Positions 11,601 through 22,700 of a stretch of DNA of 64,000 nucleotides are shown here, piece after piece (the first letter of the stretch is position 1; every line of letters begins with the position of its first letter). The stretch spans positions 544,001 through 608,000 of the forward strand of contig CM000429.1 of assembly GCA_000165345.1 (NCBI GenBank). Reading direction: 5' to 3'. The notes below the pieces were generated by a model that ran no database searches, had not been told where the DNA came from, and saw nothing but the letters and a program-made list of their open reading frames with translations. The translations under genes were made by a program, and so were the position numbers.

Positions 11601-12544
11601 ATGGGAAAATATTTCAAAGTGATAAACAAGAGTTTGAGAATCCTTTTGAGAACGATGAAAATATTGAAGTCCCAGATTCGAAAATAATAAGTTCATATGA
11701 AGCTTTTTCCGACAAAGATATTTCAAATATTACATCAGAGTTTGATCAAAATTCTTTTCAAACTAAAATAAATCTTGATTCGTTACAAAGAGAAGCTATA
11801 GAAAACAATAAATTAAGTAAAAAAAAGGTGAATTATGAGAGTAACTCAAACGTGGAAAATAAAAATCAAACAATTAAAAATGATATTTTGGACGACCTTA
11901 TGGAGATTAAAAGACAAACTTCAAATCTTAAACATCAGTTCATATTGGATCCCAAATTGTTTAGGCCTCTCTATGAAAGTAACAACCCAGATAAATGTGA
12001 TCTATCAATAAAGAAAATTGATATTGATCAAGAACTAAAAAATGTTGAGAAATATTCCTGTTTTGAGCATAGCTCAAATATAGATAGACTATCTTCGTCC
12101 GCCAATAGCAATGATTTAAACTTTAATTCAAACTTCAATTATTCAGATTATCCCAATTTCAATTTAGAAAATTCATCTCAGGAAAATTCTTTTGAAGGCG
12201 TAACTCCATACAACTCCAAGATTAATCAGCCTTATATTAATAGTTCTTCAAATAACTACTCTGATGACAAATACTTGGAAGAAATAGAAATGGACCTTAA
12301 CGAACAATTGAATAATTTCTCTAAGTATACGAATACAAATTTGTCAAATACACGCCCAAGCGAAAGTAATACAGACAGAAGTATTGAAATTCTCAAACAC
12401 CAGGAAATTCCAATAGAAAACGTTATTCGAGAAGTTGGATGCTGCCATATTAAGTATATTATGCCATTTCCAAAAGATCTAAAACCAAAGATATTTAAAG
12501 GAACTAGCAACTTTCAGTTTCCCTATTTAAGGTCATTATATTAA
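8648..12544 (+). CDS. Divergent kinesin-like protein with degenerate motor motifs and a long low-complexity tail
   Basis: 1298-aa ORF. The N-terminus fits the kinesin motor core: FD-x-F...SEIYRKT...VDVLDGISTNIIVCGPHKTGKTNLLIGS (Walker A GxxxxGKT) and VVKASVLEIGEDSSNFKLDNVRDLINP (compare SYLEIYNE..RDLL). Switch I and II (SSRSH, DLAGSE) are degenerate, reading GTLRFFEISSCISAS. The rest is low-complexity coiled coil. Confidence 0.5.
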   Translation: MEGGVINLKKERSSVRTFIRFCPSKKTIIEDSKECQWVFSTGDHGKSIRASRKSSISKTRSCTVTDEIFKEDACNSEIYRKTMLQQHAVDVLDGISTNIIVCGPHKTGKTNLLIGSQRSIGIVLQSIYDIFAAIRCYTNGIHINEKGVNTETTGNFDRLFVVKASVLEIGEDSSNFKLDNVRDLINPENPLQLIKKLGGELGYSIKGEHEHLFENEEKLVASILSAVARKKVLDAIRRERVNTRKKKKTPEQIQNTIFGEFGERWVKDDMIGSLLITISVESVDKSELENNISKNEKIANSTHVNYGTLRFFEISSCISASPNLKAVIPLFGLLDLAFEIRKYCYTNEKSNRINITNISSYIASTIIDSNLTIIGTLSRFPSEKKCCIRPLIAPYDNQTTVQPHSIFDTLQFLEYIGNSMKFPIYPQRNCFKKPFVQSKLMEVCRKNLMNGSKKIHSKMIIKSERGIWQSESSGRVTRIIRLLTFINRSIEGSGILRILMSGNEDDIIRIYCENIIGSGVIDLDGYQINNSTGKWFQIDNYKLPEKEKEQRKKLEYMNQIEQKYGLKDKNIKKETLLIDKKVKFDCEKKNEKEIEDHIKKMKNLDFTIERPKFEDNNFKEISENKAPNKFGNNIKFDEVLLSSSTNERIESSESDVDITNIFDSTALERNKDKLDNEDFNVNLCEQFDKSNKSKKKIFISENVGNSNNYLNVDEYVGESNNFNDQISEGIGPDSNLFDPVKQYEKLLKKTISLNKLQKSIMESQKKVLQDESLYANSNANSMNDYISKLEGKKPSNRLSLVNKKAIEASQKAIEASKKAIEASKHLYEREVNHSRGKIHDHIPASKNFPQIDIYAPSYDSDIEYDKFHNPKDIVFDFKSSNESDEDHKERVLESHYKSNFPHNNESCPCCDQLSKRSKCRCHYADASVNFNGISETSVNTDKSLFLYYEPGAGKNELIKPNGRSWDIFVNVPKKFANVTTLGFENGKIFQSDKQEFENPFENDENIEVPDSKIISSYEAFSDKDISNITSEFDQNSFQTKINLDSLQREAIENNKLSKKKVNYESNSNVENKNQTIKNDILDDLMEIKRQTSNLKHQFILDPKLFRPLYESNNPDKCDLSIKKIDIDQELKNVEKYSCFEHSSNIDRLSSSANSNDLNFNSNFNYSDYPNFNLENSSQENSFEGVTPYNSKINQPYINSSSNNYSDDKYLEEIEMDLNEQLNNFSKYTNTNLSNTRPSESNTDRSIEILKHQEIPIENVIREVGCCHIKYIMPFPKDLKPKIFKGTSNFQFPYLRSLY
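11057..11119 (+). repeat. 3 x 21-nt in-frame tandem repeat (KAIEAS[Q/K])
   Basis: The unit aaagctattga[g/a]gctag[c/t][c/a]aa repeats three times head to tail inside the kinesin-like CDS. Confidence 0.7.
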
Positions 12545-12747
12545 TAGGATTTCAAATAAATAAATTTAAGTAAATGTGACTAGTATTTTATGATTGTTAA
12601 GTAATTCATTATTTAATTTAAATTGCATTTGCATGTCCACTGAATTAGTCACGTAATGTCTCCGACCAGGTTATATTTATTGATCAATAAAAAAACTGAA
12701 ATAAAAGTTTAAAGAAAGATTAGTTGATGAATTAACTTTTAGGAATT

Positions 12748-15700
12748 ATGCACTCTGTGTGTAGCAACAATGATGACGATAAAAGCGACATATTTTCTGG
12801 TTCAGATTCACATAAATTTGTACCACTGAATCCCAATTTCGCAAAAGAGATCAATGCCTCAATCCCAATGGGAGTATATGGTGGAATTCAAAAAAATGAA
12901 GAACCTTACTTAAACTCCATGAAAAATTCAAGCCTAATGGTTATGGAATTGATTCCTACTCAACAAATTGTCAAGTGCGAGACTCATACTTTACAAAATC
13001 AAGATTTAAATTTTGCTCAGTTAAATAGGGAAGACCTCGTACACAAAGGCAGTTATGATTCATATTCATTTGAAACTATAAAAAATCATTACTTTGATTG
13101 TAGGTATTTACCTAATGAATACACTGATGATAATCTGTTTTTGAAGGATTCTTTTTCTACAAAAAAACAAGGGGAAATTACAATCAAGCAACTAATTAAA
13201 CAAGCATCTGGAATAATCACTGAAGAAGTTGCGAACAACTGTAGAGCAACAGGCATTGGATTAAAACAGGCTGTTTCTGGCGAAATTACTCAAGTGATGA
13301 TTTATACATACTCTGAAAATAACCAGAGAATAACTTATGGCGGATATAATTTCAGGATTTTATTAACGCCTTACAAACTGGACAGTCTAAATAGCCAAGA
13401 TCAAGTTCCATTCATTTCTTTGGAGTTGCTTGATATGAATGAAGTATTTGAGGGAAGTGTAATAGATAATCACGATGGTACCTATACAGCATCTTACATT
13501 TGTAAAAAAGCAGTTCCTCACAAATTAGAAATTGTAGAAAGTAAGAATAAGATTAAAATAGGAGAATCTCCATTTGTGATTCAAGTCACCCCTGGAAAAT
13601 CATATCCGGAATTGTGTTGGGCTGAAGGCGAAGGATTGAAATATTATAATATAGATGAGACAATATCTACTTTCAAAATATATTCTGTAGATAGAATGGG
13701 GAATAAAACGAAAAGAGGAGGCGATAAATATGAGGTATTTGGCGTTGGGGGAATTAAAATTCAACAAATATTAGATTTGAAAAATGGAGAATATGAAGTA
13801 TATTACAAAGTACATAAATGTAACTTAGATGATTATAAGGAAATTAATATTAAATTATTTGGGCAATTTATCAAAACTCCTGCATTTTATCCAGTATCTA
13901 AAGTCTTATTAGATGAAAAAACAATAAATACAAATTATGAGATTGATCAAAATAACTTGTTAAATAAAACTATTTTGAAGTTCGATAATTTGTCCATTGA
14001 TATTAAACCAGCTTACACACTTTCAATGGTATTCAAACACTTTAATGAGATGAAGAAGATGGGGAATGAGATTGACATTTCGATACCCAACTTGGCCCCA
14101 TTTCCAGAAGAAAAAGAAAGCAAAACCAATAGAGAAATAATTAAGAGGCTTGGAATTTTAAATAGTTCAAATAACTTCGAAGTAAATGATGACATGATTT
14201 TAAATGATAAAATTAGAGCTAGTATATTGGATGATTATAAAAATAATATTTTGAAAAATATCACAAATAAGCTGATTAAGAATGAGGAGATTTTGAATGA
14301 TCTGTCTAAAGCTATTATTCTGCATTGCGAAACAGGTAAAAAGCATGATAGAAAACTTGCTAAAGATGAAAAAAAACTAGAGTCTGAATTGGATGAAATA
14401 ACAGATTGCCAACAGAGAATGTTTGCGACGTATTCTTGTTTACAACAAGGTGGTATTGATAGTTTGCCAGTTTCATTTGAATTGGAAGACCCTGGAAAAG
14501 TGAAGTCCCGTCAGACTAAAGATAGAAAATTCTACATAGATACATATAATTTACTAGAAAAGAAGTTTGAAGAAATTAATTTAAGAAAGGAATTATTTGA
14601 GAAAAAAAGGGATGAATACACACAGAAATTACATCGAACGTTGGCAACAAGACAGAAGTCTATAATAAAAACTCAAAGGAGCTATAACAGAATATTGGAT
14701 GAGTTGGACAAAGTTTATTCGCAATTATCAAAAAAACAAACTAGAAGACAAGATTTATACAAAAATTTGAAATCAGATTCACTTAAAGTATATGAAGGAC
14801 TAGAGAATCAAAAAGTATTGGATTTCCATTTAAAGAAAAATACAGTAATAACAATGAATAGTGAAAGACACGAAGTTGATAAGCTTGCAAACCATGATGA
14901 CAATAATAATAATAATAAAAGGATTACCGGGAGGGATAGAAAATATAACAATTACTCTTGCTTAGTCCCCACAGATCCTGAAAGCCCTGCGTTTTGGTTT
15001 GCAGAAGCATCATATCTTAGAGATGAAAAGGAAAAAATCAATCAGTACAAAAAACATGATGATGATTTTAATATAAATAATCTATTAAGTGATAATCCAC
15101 AAAAAATTAAAAGGTGGGATTTAGATGAGGACAGTAGATGGATAAGCTGTCCTTCAAGCGTTTCAATAACATTTTCAACAATGAAAACACCGGAAATACA
15201 ACCTATAAAGCAAAAAGGAATGTTCAAAAATGATATTTATACTGAAAACTTTAATAAAATTAAAAATGAAATTTTATCAGGCGAGAAAAAAGATCCTATG
15301 CTACCTGAAAATATGAATGATGAAGAAATTAATGTTATTATTCAAAAAGATAAGGAAAGAAAGAAGCTATTCAGTAAAATGATAAATACTAAAAAAAGTA
15401 ACGCTTTGGATGATAATTCCAGTCAATGGGTTAATGAACCACCAAGTCCAAGAAAAATTAAATCATTTTATAATAAATATTTGGATTATTACAACGAAAA
15501 ATTATTTAATGTAATTAAAGAAGAATCTAATAATGAAGAATTGAAATATGAAACAGATATAGGCCATGATTACATAGATATTAATTTATTAAATAAAGAT
15601 GTTAAATTAATACCCAAATTATTTTGGGATAAAGATTTTATACTTAAATTAAATGCTGGAGCAACACAGAAAGAAGATTTTGACAAGATAAAGAATGTTT

Positions 15701-16314
15701 GGGAAGATCAGCTAAAAGCAGGCCGTGAAATGAAGAAAAGTATCGAAGCAGAAAAATTAAAGCTGATGAAGTTACTTCCAAAAGATGATTTTAATATTAA
15801 TCATTTAGATGTTATGGAATACCATGACGAAAATAACCTGGTTAACAATATTAAAGATAGTAATATAGTGAAAACTGACTGGAGGCAAATTAATCATACA
15901 TTTAAAAGCGATCCTAGGGATGTTCCATGGGAATTTTTGGATGAGATTTCTAAATTGGACACTATGCCAAGCCAAGAGTTGAATAAGGAAGATTTACAAA
16001 AATATATTGTAGAATCACTGGTATTGAATGGTAAAGGTTTATCTAATATAAAAAATCAAATTAAGGAGAGCTTAATTCAAGAAGAAAAAAGTATTAGGGA
16101 GGCACAAAGTAATAAAATGCCCAACAAAGAATTGGAAAATATTAATAATGAGCAAAAACAAAAATTGGAAGCAAGTAAAAGTAACATTAAAATGTTTGAT
16201 AAATCGAAGAAACTCAAGGCAAATACATTGAATCGTGAAAAAACAAAATTGCTAATAAGTAGAAAAAATTTTGATACGAGGAGAGAGCAGTTCGAGCATG
16301 ACAACATTAAATAA
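12748..16314 (+). CDS. Filamin-repeat (Ig-like) and coiled-coil protein
   Basis: 1188-aa ORF. Two filamin-type repeats are visible: GSVIDNHDGTYTASYICKKAVPHKLEI...IGESPFVIQVTPG and FKIYSVDRMGNKTKRGGDKYEVFGVGG...GEYEVYYKV. A long lysine/glutamate-rich coiled coil follows. Confidence 0.55.
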   Translation: MHSVCSNNDDDKSDIFSGSDSHKFVPLNPNFAKEINASIPMGVYGGIQKNEEPYLNSMKNSSLMVMELIPTQQIVKCETHTLQNQDLNFAQLNREDLVHKGSYDSYSFETIKNHYFDCRYLPNEYTDDNLFLKDSFSTKKQGEITIKQLIKQASGIITEEVANNCRATGIGLKQAVSGEITQVMIYTYSENNQRITYGGYNFRILLTPYKLDSLNSQDQVPFISLELLDMNEVFEGSVIDNHDGTYTASYICKKAVPHKLEIVESKNKIKIGESPFVIQVTPGKSYPELCWAEGEGLKYYNIDETISTFKIYSVDRMGNKTKRGGDKYEVFGVGGIKIQQILDLKNGEYEVYYKVHKCNLDDYKEINIKLFGQFIKTPAFYPVSKVLLDEKTINTNYEIDQNNLLNKTILKFDNLSIDIKPAYTLSMVFKHFNEMKKMGNEIDISIPNLAPFPEEKESKTNREIIKRLGILNSSNNFEVNDDMILNDKIRASILDDYKNNILKNITNKLIKNEEILNDLSKAIILHCETGKKHDRKLAKDEKKLESELDEITDCQQRMFATYSCLQQGGIDSLPVSFELEDPGKVKSRQTKDRKFYIDTYNLLEKKFEEINLRKELFEKKRDEYTQKLHRTLATRQKSIIKTQRSYNRILDELDKVYSQLSKKQTRRQDLYKNLKSDSLKVYEGLENQKVLDFHLKKNTVITMNSERHEVDKLANHDDNNNNNKRITGRDRKYNNYSCLVPTDPESPAFWFAEASYLRDEKEKINQYKKHDDDFNINNLLSDNPQKIKRWDLDEDSRWISCPSSVSITFSTMKTPEIQPIKQKGMFKNDIYTENFNKIKNEILSGEKKDPMLPENMNDEEINVIIQKDKERKKLFSKMINTKKSNALDDNSSQWVNEPPSPRKIKSFYNKYLDYYNEKLFNVIKEESNNEELKYETDIGHDYIDINLLNKDVKLIPKLFWDKDFILKLNAGATQKEDFDKIKNVWEDQLKAGREMKKSIEAEKLKLMKLLPKDDFNINHLDVMEYHDENNLVNNIKDSNIVKTDWRQINHTFKSDPRDVPWEFLDEISKLDTMPSQELNKEDLQKYIVESLVLNGKGLSNIKNQIKESLIQEEKSIREAQSNKMPNKELENINNEQKQKLEASKSNIKMFDKSKKLKANTLNREKTKLLISRKNFDTRREQFEHDNIK

Positions 16315-16447
16315 TTTTTCTTTTTCTTTTTTTAAATTAATAATAATTTATTTAGATATATATATTCGAGCTATAAATTATTCTGATTAATTAAACAAAT
16401 ATATTATTACAAATAGTTATAATTTAGTCGTTTTTTTTTTTTGAAAA

Positions 16448-16984
16448 ATGTGTTGTTCTAGTAAACAAAATGCAATTAGATTGATTAAAGATACCCATGG
16501 AGTACATAGTGCAATTATTCAAGATCCAACTAAAGACGATTTAAATCAAATAAATAATAAAAGCTTGCTTTCAATTGCAATGCAAATGACATTCCATCAA
16601 AGCTTTGAATCAGTTATTTTGTTTGAATCATGGAGAACATCTAATAGATTTGATTATTTCATTTCATGTTTATTCATAATTTTAATGGGGTGTTTTACAA
16701 TGTTCATCTCTTCCATAAACAAAAAATACATTAAAGAGATAAAAAAAAACAGAGTAGAACACGAAAATTTAGGTATAAAAGTTATATGTACGAATGTATT
16801 ATTAACTATTTTGTACTACTTTATGCATTATCTATTAATGCTAATTGCTATGACATTTAATTGGGGATTATTCTTTTCCGTTATTATCGGTCTTTCGATA
16901 GGCTATGGAATATTTGAACTAGGCTCAATAACAAAAAATGAATGTAGCTGCAATAATGACTGCGATTTACCGTCATGTTGTTGA
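16448..16984 (+). CDS. CTR-family copper transporter
   Basis: 178 aa with three TM segments. It has the MxxxM motif (MLIAM) in TM2, GxxxG (GLSIGYG) in TM3 and a Cys-rich C-terminus (CSCNNDCDLPSCC). Confidence 0.65.
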   Translation: MCCSSKQNAIRLIKDTHGVHSAIIQDPTKDDLNQINNKSLLSIAMQMTFHQSFESVILFESWRTSNRFDYFISCLFIILMGCFTMFISSINKKYIKEIKKNRVEHENLGIKVICTNVLLTILYYFMHYLLMLIAMTFNWGLFFSVIIGLSIGYGIFELGSITKNECSCNNDCDLPSCC

Positions 16985-17197
16985 TCACTTGGAATGTTTT
17001 TAGTGATGAGTATTCATAGGCGCTATATTAAGTTGTGTAATAATTTTTCTAGACTAATTGAATCAAAAAATTTTAATTAATCTGAAAATTAAATATTTGT
17101 AAAGTTGATAATTGTTTTTGACTTTATTTTTTCTCATTATTGCAATAATTATATATTTGTTCAATAACAATATATTGTTTTTTGGCTAGTTTTATAG

Positions 17198-18127
17198 ATG
17201 AGCAGACTTCAGCACGAAACAGATGGGGGAAATGAAAGAACAAATAAATCATTGCAATATGAAAACTTTTCTTTAGAATCCCAAAGTATATTTCAAAGAG
17301 AAAGTTTTGATGGTTTCAGAGCTGAAATAGCTAAGTCTGTCACCTCAAATTTACAAACTTCTTATTCATTATTTTTAGGCACTTCAAATATTAAAGGCTA
17401 TTCTTATCAACTTGGACCTTCGTATCAAAGCTCATCAAAAAATACACTCATTTTAGCTAGAGTTAATGATGAAGGGACAGTCAGCGGTCGTTTTTCTCGT
17501 TGCTTTGGAAATAATATTGAGGGTAGAATTTCAATAAATTCGAGCTTGTCAGACGAAAATAAGAACATGAGTGAAGTTTCTATCGATTATAATGGTGAAG
17601 AGAGTAGCTATTCATTAAAAGTTGCATATCAAGGAATATTTTTGCTAAATGGACTATTTTCTCAATTGATCACAAATAAACTGCAATTGGGTGGTGAACT
17701 AACATGGATTGCAGCCAATAATACATCAATAATGTCTTTGGGGTCGCGATATTGCCACGGAAAAAATATTTTTTTTAACCAAATTACAAGGCAACCGGAT
17801 TTCACGAGCCCAGGACGAATTTTCGCAAATATTCACTCACTCAGATCATCTTTCTATAGGAAATTAAGTGATAGGTTATCTTTAGCGAGCGAATTAGAAG
17901 TATCAATACCTAATTTTGAGTCGACATTGCGCTTTGGGTATGAGTACTTATTCAAAACAGCGAGAATTCAAGGGATGATAGATACTTGCGGAAAAATATC
18001 ACTGCAGTGTTTAGATAACAAAGGATTTGGGATTTCTGCTGCAATAGACTACTTAAGAAATGACTACAAGTTTGGATTTATGATGCAATTTTTTCCAAAT
18101 GAAAAAGATGATAAATTAGATGATTAA
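17198..18127 (+). CDS. Tom40-like outer-membrane beta-barrel (porin_3 family)
   Basis: 309 aa and co-linear with Tom40 throughout. GLFSQLITNKLQLGGELTWI matches [24 protein letters not shown]. The C-terminal YKFGFMMQF fits a beta-signal. The sequence has alternating beta-strand periodicity. Confidence 0.65.
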   Translation: MSRLQHETDGGNERTNKSLQYENFSLESQSIFQRESFDGFRAEIAKSVTSNLQTSYSLFLGTSNIKGYSYQLGPSYQSSSKNTLILARVNDEGTVSGRFSRCFGNNIEGRISINSSLSDENKNMSEVSIDYNGEESSYSLKVAYQGIFLLNGLFSQLITNKLQLGGELTWIAANNTSIMSLGSRYCHGKNIFFNQITRQPDFTSPGRIFANIHSLRSSFYRKLSDRLSLASELEVSIPNFESTLRFGYEYLFKTARIQGMIDTCGKISLQCLDNKGFGISAAIDYLRNDYKFGFMMQFFPNEKDDKLDD

Positions 18128-19743
18128 TGAAAGAATTAGTTTTAATTCACATTTTTTTCTTTTTTTTTTTTAAGCGATGTTAAAATATATTAAGTCAGTT
18201 TGATTCAATGAACTTGGACTTACCTAAAAGTGGTAAGCTAATATTTGAAACAACAATAAGAGAAATTGATATTGAATCATGGTGTAAAGAATGCCAAATT
18301 GTTAAAAGAAGATTTCTTGAATTGCGTGAAAGTAGTTTTTTTTTGATTGGAATTCAATTAAGAAGATATTTAAGGGTCAGTTCATTGTTTTGGGAAAGTT
18401 AGAAATTGATTTTAAATATAAACATGGACTAGAATATTGCTCCAGACTAAAATTTAAATACTGTCAAGTGTTGGAGTTATTTAATGAAGATAATTATGCA
18501 AGTAGTATTGAATTTTAAAACCATATATGTATTACATTGAATAAAATTGAAAATAATCCATATATAACTTAACGGATATGCAAGATGTTGAAATTGATGA
18601 GCATTTATTTTCAAAAATACCAATTAAATAATAAAGACAATTATATTTGTGAATCTTTTTTCAGGTGTAAAATGTTTGATAATAGACTCCAAGGATCATC
18701 AAAATTAACAATACTTTGATCTTTTTCCGATTCTAACAAAAATAAGAAGATAGACAACCGAAATTTATTGCCATTCTATCGAGATGAAAGTGCTAAACCC
18801 AATTTGAAATTAACTTATTAAATTCTGATAAAAAATCATTAAAAATCAAATTAATTTGAATAAAAACAATGGCAAGAATATCTCTCAAAAAAAACTTAAG
18901 AATAGCACTTATATGATCTAATTACAAACGGTGAGGAGTTGCCACTTCAGCATGAGATTAAATTACCTAAAATTAACAAAGGCGTTCAAACAAGAATGAA
19001 TAATAGACACCGGAGACATTGAAAGAGTTAATTAGAAGGCTAAAGACTTCTTTAAGATCAGATGGTAAAGAATTATATAGCATAACTAGTGGTTTTTGAA
19101 TCAATTTGATTAATGTATACAAACATTCGAAAACACAGTAAATCTAGATATTAGTAATTCAATGCAAATTAATTACCATTCTATATGAAGCACTTCAGAA
19201 TAATAGAGATAATATTTATAATTTGTTTTTAATAGATATTTACTGTTATAGGTGTTGGCCATTTTACCAATCAATATTTTAAGGAACTTGAGAATTTATA
19301 CGCGGGAGACATACAACAATTTTCCCCACGCCGCCTAATGGCTGCATACATGCATTACTGGAAATTCTGTCTAATGAAACGAGAAAAAATTGTTAATATA
19401 AAATTAACAAAACGTGCTCGCTTGCACAGGATTTATATTCAATTTAGTAAGTATAAGTTGTTTGTTTTGGAAGAATTTTTCTTTATAGATTATACAATTA
19501 TTCGGAATTATAGGCGGGTAAAAAGCGAGTCTGAGAATTTGTGAATTTGTGTACGGTTAATCACTGGAGAATAAATCATAATGTACTTAAGCTAGCAAAA
19601 TTTTTCAACTTCGGGTTCATTAAAACTTTGTTTAAGCGTGCGGACTAGTGAATATTAATTAAAACATATTTACTGTACAACTTTTTCCTAAATCTATATA
19701 ATGCAAACAAAAAAAAAATTAGAGAATTTCAGAATACAATAAG

Positions 19744-22700
19744 ATGGTAATTCAAAAGTTTGTGGATGTCGCAATGTTCCCCGGAACATACTCCTCATAT
19801 GATATCACTTCTTATCCAGAAACAATTTTAATACCTGGGCCAATAGATGCGGACAAAAAAATACCATGTTTTTTTTTTGCTCCGAGATCAAATTCAAAAA
19901 TTTTGGTTATTTATGCGCATGCAAATGGAGTAGATATTGGTGAGATACACAGCAGATTACATTATGTAAGTGAGAGATTAAAAGTAAACATGTTGCTTTT
20001 TGATTATCCAGGATATGGAAAATATGAGGGTAGGTCTGATGAGTCAAGCGTTGACCAGTGTATGAATATACTTTTAAATTTCGCAACACAAGAATTAAAT
20101 TGGCCTATAGAAAATATAATTTTATGGGGATGCTCAATTGGAACTGGACCAAGTACACGCCAGGCAAAAATTTTGAATGAACGAAAAAAGAAACTGGGAG
20201 GACTAGTTTTGCAATGCCCATATAAAAGCATTAAGCACGCAGCAGAGAGCTTAGCAGGGAAAATAGGCCGGTTTTTAATTTCACAAAGATGGAACATTCA
20301 ATCTGAAATAATGGACTGTTCCTGCCCAGTTTTGTGGATTCATGGGAAGAAGGATTCGTTATTCAATTGGCATGGTAGCCTTGAGATGTACAATAATTAC
20401 CACATTCATTTAAGAAGTTGCCATTTCCCAAAAGATGCAAATCATCACTATTTCGATATAGAGGTTGATATAATTCAACCAATTCAGAAATTTATTAATA
20501 AATTTGTATTGCCGAATACTCTCCCAATATTTGATCATGGTTCCATTAGAAATGGAAAGAAAGTTAAGTTAAATATTAATAAGGTATATAGTAGTAAATT
20601 GAACCCATTTAGACCAACTATTTTAGATGTTTATCTTACTAGAAATACAAATGTTAAAGTGTCCAAAGACAATTGTTTGCCAGGAGAAAAAAAATCTAAC
20701 GATACTTCTAACAACAATATTGATGATGAAGGCAATCATATTAGAATTATTGGGCCAAAAGATATAAAATCAATTCTACCGTTTTGGGGAAATAACAAGA
20801 AAGATACAAGCTCTACTATTCATAGCCAGAAAAATATGATTTATTTGGAGGGCGATTTTGCACCTAAATATATTTGGCTAAATGGTGAGGCAGGGGAATA
20901 TATCAAGCATTCACAAGAAAATATCTCTAAAACGAATTCTTCTTCAAGTATTTACCTTTCATCATCAGGGGAAGATGAATTTGAAAATAATAGTGATTAT
21001 GACAATGGATTTTATAGTGATGCCGACTCAAATCAAAGCGATGATTATTCTAACGAAGAATTCAAATGCTACAATAAATTAGTTAATTCAAACATAATCA
21101 GTTCAAATAATATATTTCATAAAAATATTAAACAATGCATTTCTTACAACAATATCAATACAAATGTCTATTCAATTTATAATAATGCATTTGAAAAAAG
21201 CCATAAGCTCAATTTTAGGAAAAGAAATGTTATTTTGAACAACCCAAGTGTATTTAGAATGGAATGTAGGAATCGAATGGAGAGGCTAAATTTCAGATCT
21301 TTCATAAAAAATGAAGAGTTGCTTTTAAATTTCTGGCCAATTACGAATCTTTATTGCTATTTATTTGATCAATATTATCAATTTTTCCAAATAATACTGC
21401 AAAAACTTAAACAAGGTGAATTTTCATTCATAAAAAATGGTAATGATACGTTTTTATCAGTCATTATGTGGGTTAGAAGGCTTTATTATTTATATACTCC
21501 AACATTATTTATGAATTCTATCTATTTATATGATCCTGACTCTGATAAATGGGTTTTAGAAGGTATTACAATAGGTAATATTTATATTCAACTAAAAAAT
21601 ATTGATGGAGTATGTGGCAGGCTGGCAGTAAGATTATTGGATAATTATCCTATATCTAACAGTTTTCCTCCACCTTATTACATAATTGTACCAATTTATG
21701 TGCCCCCAAAGCCATTTTTCCAACCAATTGCTGAATGGATTGTTAGAAATATTTATAGGTTTCACGTATATAATCTAATTAAATTGAATAAATCAACTAA
21801 ATATAGAGAGTTACTCATTTCTCAAAAATACACGAATATAGACTTTTTTAATGACCCAATGAATCAATTGGAAACGAAGTGCCTTTTAGAAGAGCTCTCG
21901 TTTTCAAGTTTACAACATTTTCTTTTGTCAAATACAAGGCCAAAGATTGAGAAGCTTGCATTAATCACAGGTTTTGGGAACTGGATTCCCTTTGGATGGT
22001 GCGAATTCTTCGTTAAGCTATTCGAAACAAATTCAAAACACTATCTTCAGAGGTTATTTTTGAACCACGAAAAGGTAAATATCAATAGTAATGACTTCAT
22101 CAATTTATTGGTTCCATTTTATTTGCCAAGTTTCGTAAATTTAGAAATTATGTTTAGAATAATTAAAACAAAGATAAAGACGAGAGATGAATGGATTGAT
22201 AGCATGAAAACTAATTCAAAAAATGAATTTCAGGAAAATCAAATTAACAGTTTAATTCATCCAGATATATGTAACAACATTTTTAGTAATTTAATGATTG
22301 TGATAAATTCATCAATAAAAATAACAGATGGTTTAAAAATTCGTAGTGATACGAAAAACAAACATTTAGATTTTCAAACAAATACGCAAAACAGCTTTTT
22401 ATTACAAAGCAACCAATTAAATTGGGAAGAAATATTAAGGGATTTTGATTCATTTTCTAATTTTATGTCTCAAATTAATTTCATAACTCCTGATCTTTTC
22501 TTGCCTGGTATCAGCCAGACTTTCAGAGGGAGACAACGCACTGAAAATCAAAAACCAAGTCATGAAAAAACAAATGAATTAATACATTCGACTTCTGATA
22601 ATGTTTTAGAGACAATTCCAATCTTTGGAAACATGGGATTTGATCAAATTAACCAATCTGCTGATACGGATGAGTTTAATTACGAGGAAATACCGGAAGT

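Noticed and set aside
19415-19435. U6 snRNA-like string GTGCTCGCTTGCACAGG
   Set aside because: Only the first 10 nt resemble the U6 5' stem-loop. The invariant ACAGAGA and AGC boxes and the 3' region are absent.
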